Source: an uncultured Holophagales bacterium
GTDB taxonomy: Bacteria; Acidobacteriota; Thermoanaerobaculia; Multivoradales; UBA5704
Length of the DNA stretch: 64,000 nt
Assembly (NCBI GenBank): GCA_963842525.1
Contig: CAWJGT010000003.1
Span: 288,001-352,000, forward strand
Direction: 5' to 3'
Part shown: positions 63,193 through 64,000 of the stretch, in pieces
Layout of the letters: each line of letters opens with the position of its first letter
Position numbering within the stretch: position 1 is the stretch's first letter
Notes under the pieces: model-generated
Told to the model about the DNA's origin: nothing
The model's database searches: none
What the model saw: only the letters and a program-made list of their open reading frames with translations
Program-made: the position numbers and the translations under genes

Positions 63193-64000
63193 ATGGCAGT
63201 CGGAGCTGTGGGCAGGCCCGCGGAGGAGCCGCGGCCGGCGCAAGCCCGCAAAGAGGCTCGCACGATCCAGATCTCGCGCGGCGCCGTGGCCCTCTACGTG
63301 GCCATCCTCCTCGGCCTGGCGCTCCTGCTCTGGTCGGCGCGGCGGGAGCGGGAGTCCCACGTCCAGGTCCCGGACCTCCGCAGCTTCGAGCCCATGCTCC
63401 CGTCGATCGCGGGGCTGACCGGCTCGGCCATCCTCCCGGGCAACCGCATCGAGGTCCTGCAGAACGGCGACGAGTTCTTCCCCGCCCTCTTCCGCGACGT
63501 CGCGGCGGCCCGGGAGACGATCAACATCGAGACCTACGTCTGGTGGCAGGGGGACGTCTGCCGGCGCCTGGCCGAAGCGCTGGCTGCCCGTGCCCGCGAG
63601 GGAGTGCAGGTCCGGCTCACCCTGGACGCCGTCGGCTCGAAGAACGGGGACGACGAGCTCTTCGAGCTGATGGAGAAGGCAGGCGTCCGGATCGCGAGGT
63701 TCCACCCCTTCGAGATCCAGGACATCGGGCTGTTCAATAACCGGACCCACCGCAAGCTCGCCATTTTCGACGGCAAGGTGGCCCACGTGTTCGGCCACGG
63801 CATCGCCGAGGAGTGGACCGGCAACGGCCAGGACGAGAAACACTGGCGCGACACCGGCGTGCGGGTCGAGGGCCCGGTCGTGCACGACATCCAGGCCATC
63901 TTCACCGAGAATTGGCTGGAGCAGACCGCCGAGCCGCTGGTGGGGACGAAATTCTTCCCGCCGCTCGCCGCGGTGGGTCCGGTGCGGGCGCACGTGACTG
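63193..64000 (+). CDS. cls: cardiolipin synthase-like phospholipase D (partial)
   Basis: Manual translation: GNRIEVLQNGDEFF, LDAVGS, RTHRKLAIFDG (HKD), WRDT. Confidence 0.85.
   Translation, partial: MAVGAVGRPAEEPRPAQARKEARTIQISRGAVALYVAILLGLALLLWSARRERESHVQVPDLRSFEPMLPSIAGLTGSAILPGNRIEVLQNGDEFFPALFRDVAAARETINIETYVWWQGDVCRRLAEALAARAREGVQVRLTLDAVGSKNGDDELFELMEKAGVRIARFHPFEIQDIGLFNNRTHRKLAIFDGKVAHVFGHGIAEEWTGNGQDEKHWRDTGVRVEGPVVHDIQAIFTENWLEQTAEPLVGTKFFPPLAAVGPVRAHVT

Overview
High-GC bacterial genomic DNA. A secreted-protein C-terminal domain ending DTSAFATCP suggests Acidobacteriota, possibly Thermoanaerobaculia; this is inference. The core is a complete str-S10-spc-alpha ribosomal protein superoperon (rpsL to rplQ, 12.3-32.3 kb). 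To its left lie a POT transporter, tyrA, M28 and M16 peptidases, two toxin-antitoxin-like pairs and a Cys-rich MarR-arsM unit with twin operators. To its right lie an OPT transporter, a TetR-hcrCAB-like molybdoenzyme operon and a visibly lower-GC island (~40.3-50 kb). The island opens with a spacer-less array of about 14 palindromic 19-20 bp repeats. It also carries a degenerate ISAzo13 transposase, a pentapeptide-TIR gene and an operon I cannot match to a known pathway (radical SAM - small ORF - ATP-grasp - radical SAM - atypical ATCase - nitroreductase). This island is the best candidate for an undescribed system. Further right are two convergent secreted Cys-rich peptides, mgtE and corA, an ECF/anti-sigma/S8/cupredoxin module, a lipase, a RelE pair, cysteine synthase, an EEP nuclease and a partial PLD. 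Many isolated frameshifts, including one in the essential rplB, point to sequencing indels, so pseudogene calls are cautious. All calls come from reading motifs by eye; no database searches were run.
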